The notes below the pieces were generated by a model, which made no database searches, was not told the origin of the DNA, and saw only the letters and a list, made by a program, of their open reading frames with translations. The position numbers and the translations under genes were made by a program. From Peribolospora baueri (Eukaryota): DNA of 54,173 bases. The stretch covers positions 248,001 to 302,173 of the forward strand of contig JAMDHS010000016.1 of NCBI GenBank assembly GCA_029717555.1, given 5' to 3'. Shown here one piece after another: positions 49,022-54,173 of the stretch (position 1 is its first letter; each line of letters begins with the position of its first letter).

Positions 49022-52000
49022 ATGGGCCCTCAGCTAGCGGCGCTGCGCCGCTCCGTGCGCTCCATATTCGCCGCACCCTCCTCGCACTCCTTCGCCGCGG
49101 CGGTCGTCCGGCCTAGGTCGGCGACGCGGCACGGCCCGTCGACGAACGACGACGACGCTCGCACCGGACGAGCGTCGTCCTCCCGCGCCGCTCTCCCTCC
49201 TTCCCCTTCTCTGCTTAGGACACGGGACGGGCGCGCCTCCGCATCCTCTCCTCTTCCTCCTCCCTCCCGCCGCCTTTCCCTTCACCGCCCTCTTCGCCAG
49301 CTCGCCACCGTCGCACCACAACCCGCCCTCTTTCTATCCCGCGCCTCCATCGACGGCAAGGCGAAAGGGAAGGCGAAGAAGAAGAAGAAGAAGAAGAAGA
49401 AGAAAAGAAGGAGAGCAACGAGAGCGGAGAAGATGGACGCGGAGATGAGAGAGTTGCAGAGAGAGATCAAGGACCTGGAGGCTAAGTTTGAGAGGTCGGA
49501 AAAGGTGGCGTCCAGCGAGGTGAGTTTTTTTTTTTTTTTTTTTTTTTTTTTCGAAAATTTCATCGCGTCATCGAGGGCGAGGTATCCCCCTCACAGGAAG
49601 GAAGCTCGAGACTGGAAATTTGACCAGTCTCTCTCTTTCGTTGGTTGCCTCCTCTGCTTGCTTTCTTTCGCAGGCGGCTGCTGCCCACCTCCCCGAGCTC
49701 TCCGAGGCCGACCTGACCGAGATCTACGAAGCCCTGAGCGCGCCGCCAGACCCGACCGACGCGGACCGAAGGCTCGCCAGGCTGTCTCCCGTCGCCAAGA
49801 AATGGTTGGGATCGATTTCCGACGGGCGCCAGGACACATCCCGGCGGATTTCTGCCGCATCCGACGTCAGTATGGTGCAAAATGGGGGTGGAGGAGCCTC
49901 TGAGGAGGGCAAAAAGGAAGCGGTGTCGGTGTCTGGAGATCAAGCACGCATCGGCTCGACCAATCAGCCTGCTCGTGCCGTCGGCGGGGCACCACTACCT
50001 TCGCCGGTGGGCGCAGCCAGCGAGATGCGACCCGGAGAACGGCCGGAACTGGACTCTGCCATTCATCACCACATCGTCCTTCACCATCTCAACTCCGCCG
50101 GCGGCGCTTCTGCTGCCATCGCTCACCTACAAGCGCTCGAGTCCACGTCGACCCCCGCATCTCTGGCGACGTACACTGTAGTGTTGTCCCATCTCCTCCG
50201 ACCGGAGAGGTCCAGCGAGGAACACGCGCTGGCATGGGACTTGTTCGCCCACATGCGTCTCGCCGCCCACCCAGTGCCCGATGAACCCGCATACGCGGCC
50301 ATGATCTTGGCCTGCGCCAAAGGCTTCTCTCCCGCTTCCGGCCCCTCCCTCCCGGCCATGCCATTCTACCGACCCTTCACGGCCTCCAATGCCGATTGGC
50401 GTCGAAGTCGCACCGAGGCGGACGCCGAACGAGCTCTGGATTTGTTCCATGAGATGACCACACACTACTCCATCAGACCCACCTCGGCCTCCTTCAACGC
50501 CGTCATCCTCGCCTGCGCGAAGCGACGGTCTCACTACTACGCCGCCTTTCAACTGCTGAGGGAGATGCTCGAGCTCGATAAACGAGGCAGGGAGGCAGCT
50601 CAACGATTCGTCTTTCAAGCCGACGCTCGGTCTGAGACGCTCGACGACGACGCGCTGGCGAGGAGATTCGAGGCGTACCGCTTCAGGCCCGATCGGTACA
50701 CCTTCAACGCTCTCCTCCAGGGGTGTGCGAAAATGGGCGACCTGCCCAGAGCGCGGTGGATCCTCGCAGAGATGATCCGCGTCTCGCCGTCCATCTTGGC
50801 ATCCAAAGGAGACGGCGGAGATAGCGGCGCGGGCAACTCGGGGGCGCACTTGCATGCGGACCAGACCGTCAAGCCGAACGAGGAGACGATGGTAGAGGTG
50901 TTTTTCGCCTATGGTAGTTATCGACCGCCGCTGGTCGGGCGCGGCGCCGTGGCTCGGAACGACGGTGTAAGCGGGAACGTCAAGGTTGACGCCCAAGAGG
51001 GTGAAACGAACCTTCAGAGGAGCGAGGACCCGGTAGCGCAGGACAACGGCGTGCATACGGAGGATCGAACCTCCGCCACGGAAGGCGACGCGCTCGGAGT
51101 CTCCGAGATAAACCGCCGCCAGTTCACGCCGCGGACGCCTCAGACGCCGTTCGAGGTGGTCCAAGAGGCGCGCGCTCTCTTCTATCGCATATTGCATGAC
51201 CGTCCGGTCGAGAACTCGACCGCCTCGGAGGCGCCCTTCTCGGATGTAGCCCTCACACCCCGCTTGCTCAACGCCTTCCTCTCCGTCCTCGCTTCCCATG
51301 GACGCTTCGACGAGTTTCTCGATGCCTCTGACTCGCTCTTCGCAAAACTAGGCGTAGAGAAGGACGGGTACACTTACGGGCTCGTCTTGAAGACCTGCTC
51401 TCAGCGGGGAGCGGCGGACAACGAGCGGGCGCGGGAGGTCGGGGAGAGGCATTGGGCCGACTGGAGGGCTTTCGCTGCCCATCGGGGATGCGTGGGGTTC
51501 CATGGAGAGCCTGGTCGGGCGGGGCACGAGCGCAGAGCTTGGGAAGAGGTGGGCCTGGGAGATCGACAGGTCGAGAGGTGTTGGGCTGATATGATTTCCT
51601 TGAGAGCCAAGTGAGGATTCCCTTCTCCTTTCACTTGGCCCTTCGGAGCCTTTCCTCTTAGTCCTAACGGGCCGACGCTCGAGATTCTCTTGGCTGACGG
51701 ACTTGGTTTCTGTCATTTTCCTTTCCTTTTCAGACACCACGACCTCGCAGGCGCTCTCGACCTTGTCCGCGAATTCGTTTCCCTCTATCCCCCATCCTCG
51801 CTCACTTCGTCCTTCCCGACCACCTACCCCGATCCGTCTTCTTCAGCGAAAGTGGCCCCAAACGTCTATCCCTCGCCCTCGAAGTCGCCCAAGACGAAGA
51901 TGGTCCGTCTCACCCCTTCCTCCGCACTGGCGGATCTGAGCATTCCTCCTCACCTCACTTTCCCGATGGTCGAGCTCCTCTTCCACCGCTGCAACGCAGC

Positions 52001-52178
52001 GGAAGACGACGTCGGTATTCGGTACCTGACGTGGGTCACCAACGCCTACGAGGGCTGGCTGAGAAAGCGCGAGCGGTTGAAGCGCGGTATCAGGCTGGAA
52101 ATGGACATGAAGGGCACGGGGCAAGGTCGAAGGAGAGAGGCGGGGGATGATCGGAAGCAGGAATTGTCGTCAAGATGA
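49022..52178 (+). CDS. Mitochondrial pentatricopeptide-repeat protein (CCM1-like); 3 exons
   Basis: Arg/Ser/Ala-rich presequence-like N-terminus. PPR-type units LATYTVVLSHL..AWDLFAHMR, PDEPAYAAMILACAK, ERALDLFHEMT..RPTSASFNAVILACAK..AFQLLREM, PDRYTFNALLQGCAKMGDLPRARWILAEM. Introns 49520-49673 and about 51611-51733. Confidence 0.85.
49376..49405 (+). repeat. (AAG)9 coding microsatellite encoding poly-Lys in the PPR N-terminus
   Basis: KAKGKAKKKKKKKKKKRRR. Confidence 0.9.
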
Positions 52179-53164
52179 AATAGATAGTATAGAATGGCGA
52201 GACGACCTCGCTCATCTGACCACCGCTCCTCCACTTCCTCTTCTTGTGTTACGCTTTGCGTGAATGCGGCAAGGGGCCGACCCACTTCATCTTGACGGTC
52301 GCAAGATGCCAAACGACGTTATGTGCCCAGCGTCGCCGGCGTGAAACAAAACTGTCCTCCCGCCTATCCCACGCCATAAAAAAGCCTCAACGCCCCCGTG
52401 GAGAAAAAAAAAAAAAAGGCACAGACAGGTACAGACAGGCATTGATTAACTCGTTGCACGCCAGTTTACTGTCGCCTCGAGCACGCTCGTCGCCATCCAC
52501 TTTCTTCTAACGCGCTGCTTCGTTTCCATACCCTCATTCGAGGTCGGGAATTGGATACATTTGTATGTGGCCAGGGATAAGAAATGGGCGGAAGGGAGCG
52601 AAGGTGATGCTGACGAACTGCAGATAGAGTCGCTAATGCTGGGGGGTGGGGGGTTGGGGAGGACGTTGGGAGAAACCAAGCGAAGCGGAACGGCAAAGAA
52701 AGCGAAGCGATTCTGAGGCAAGTGCGAATGAGCGGGGGCCGTCTCCAAAGCGGGCCTGCAAACGAGAAGTCCAGGAAGCATATGCCAGAATAAACACGTC
52801 AAGGCCGGCGTGGGGAACACACATAAGACGAGCTTACCTGCACTTCCAAGGCGTACACCTCTGCATAATGCTTCTTGAGAACCTACCGAGATAAAAAGTC
52901 ATCGAGGCAAGAGAGACATCTGGCAGAGCCAGGGACGCCAAAGTGGTAGCCATTTCGCCGGTCGAAGCGTCTTGGCAACGACGTCGAGTTGCGCTCGGTG
53001 GGCTGTTCGGCTGTTCGGCTACTTGGCGGCGGTCAGCTGTTTTCCTCTTGCCCACGTCATCACCAACGTCGGCTGCCAGACCGCAACAACGCCTCGAGCT
53101 CTCGCAACAAATACATCGATCGTCCATTCCATTCCCCGTCCAGTAGCCGTCGTCGTTGGCAGAA

Positions 53165-54173
53165 ATGACGACACCCAGCGAATCATCTTCAACCGGCCCC
53201 GAGGTCAAAACTCCTGCGACTCCCGCTGAGCAGATATGCAAGAGTGAAGATTGCGGGAAGCCGGCGACGAGGCTGGAGTGTCCCAAGTGCAAAGAGTGAG
53301 CGGGTTCCAGTGGCCGCGAAGGGTAACGCTTCATCGAGCGCTTCGGACCTCATCCTCTTGACGTGCAGACCTGCTCATCAGGTCTGCCCTTCCCTGCCAC
53401 GCTACTCGTCGCTGCAGGCTCGACCTGAAGGACTCGTTCTTCTGCTCTCAGGAGTGCTTCAAGCAAAACTGTGAGTGCGACCAGCTGGCCTTTCAAGGCA
53501 AGGGCTCCACTCTGACTTGCTCTGGTTTGTCTTTTTTTTTTTTTTTTCTTTCACGCCGGTCGCAGACGTAAGCGTCTGGTCGCCTTGTCTCTTCTCATAT
53601 GGCGTCGAGATGCAGCACGTTTCATCGCGCTGACATCTTCAACAGAAATTGCACGCAGAAAACGTCCATAAGGTCGCTCTAAGGAACAAGCAGGCACGAG
53701 AAGCGCTTCTCTCCAGTGAGTGGGCTTTCCATCTCTTCGAGCTCATGTAAGCACAACGATCAGAGTCGGGTAACCCCTTTGTTCAATATATTGCTTCTTC
53801 TCCAATGTCCAGACAAAGGTTTTGACCCTTGGGCGAATCGCTCCCGATCACCGTACACCGGAACTCTTCGCGCCGCTTACCCCTTGTCGCCGCGAAGAAC
53901 GGTGCCAGAACACATCCAGAGGCCGGACTACGCACAGAATGGTATGACGAACACGCTCCGTTTCAATTGGCAAGTGAGTGCCGCCTTGGAGGCGATTCCC
54001 CCCGGTTTTCTAACTCTGCCACGTTCCTCGCCTCGCTTTTGTCTTGCGGCTCCGCGCTTTCGCGCTCCCTCTTCCTGTCCTTTCATATTACGCTCTTGCG
54101 CTTCCTTTCTGGCTCACGTACCCCTAGCTGCGGGTCGTTCGAGATCGGAGGAGTTTGAACAAATGCGCCATGC
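53165..54173 (+). CDS. MAP1: Methionine aminopeptidase 1, 5' part (zinc-finger N-terminus); continues beyond the window
   Basis: Exons 53165-53295, 53418-53470, 53566-53567, 53646-53715, 53813-53941 and 54128.. give CKSEDCGKPATRLECPKCKE/LDLKDSFFCSQECFKQN/Y/KLHAENVHK...GFDPW...YTGTLRAAYPLSPRRTVPEHIQRPDYA, i.e. the MetAP1 C6H2 zinc finger and the following conserved linker. Confidence 0.92.

Noticed and set aside
49525..49551. Long T homopolymer (retroposon tail?); similar runs at about 1925-1955 and 53532-53547
   Set aside because: They lie inside ordinary introns with no target-site duplication or element body.
245..54158. Hundreds of overlapping six-frame ORFs, including long antisense ones (821-2032, 32585-33763, 46046-47272, 50127-51299)
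   Set aside because: They are antisense or alternate-frame shadows of GC-rich exons, with Arg/Pro/Ser-biased or poly-Leu (antisense of poly-Gln) composition and no recognisable motifs.

Overview
This is a GC-rich, intron-rich fungal chromosome segment. It is a basidiomycete, probably Pucciniomycotina-like, judging from GTGAGY/GTGCGT donors, GCTGAC/CTAAC branch sites and roughly 75-330 nt introns. Most of the supplied six-frame ORFs are exon fragments or GC-driven shadows. Manual splicing gives 12 apparently functional genes: a 5'-truncated Zn2Cys6 transcription factor, a PXA-RGS-PX-Nexin_C sorting nexin, a Vps3/Vps39-family CNH protein, HOP2, SBA1/p23, DHFR, CCT5, ADE2, a Tea4/Bud14-like SH3 protein, VPS15, an uncharacterised Pro/Ser-rich protein and a mitochondrial PPR protein. 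A 3'-truncated MAP1 closes the window, and a decayed cytochrome P450 lies between HOP2 and SBA1. I see no mobile element, CRISPR array, RNA gene or biosynthetic cluster, and no convincing new multi-gene system. The most interesting signals are local: (1) an apparently obligatory 2-nt micro-exon in MAP1; (2) a rearranged P450 relic with its conserved motifs hit, an N-terminus that seems inverted towards HOP2, and a last exon that reads in frame into SBA1; (3) an aberrant GC-type or damaged donor in the last HOP2 intron; (4) a possible mitochondrial presequence extension on DHFR.
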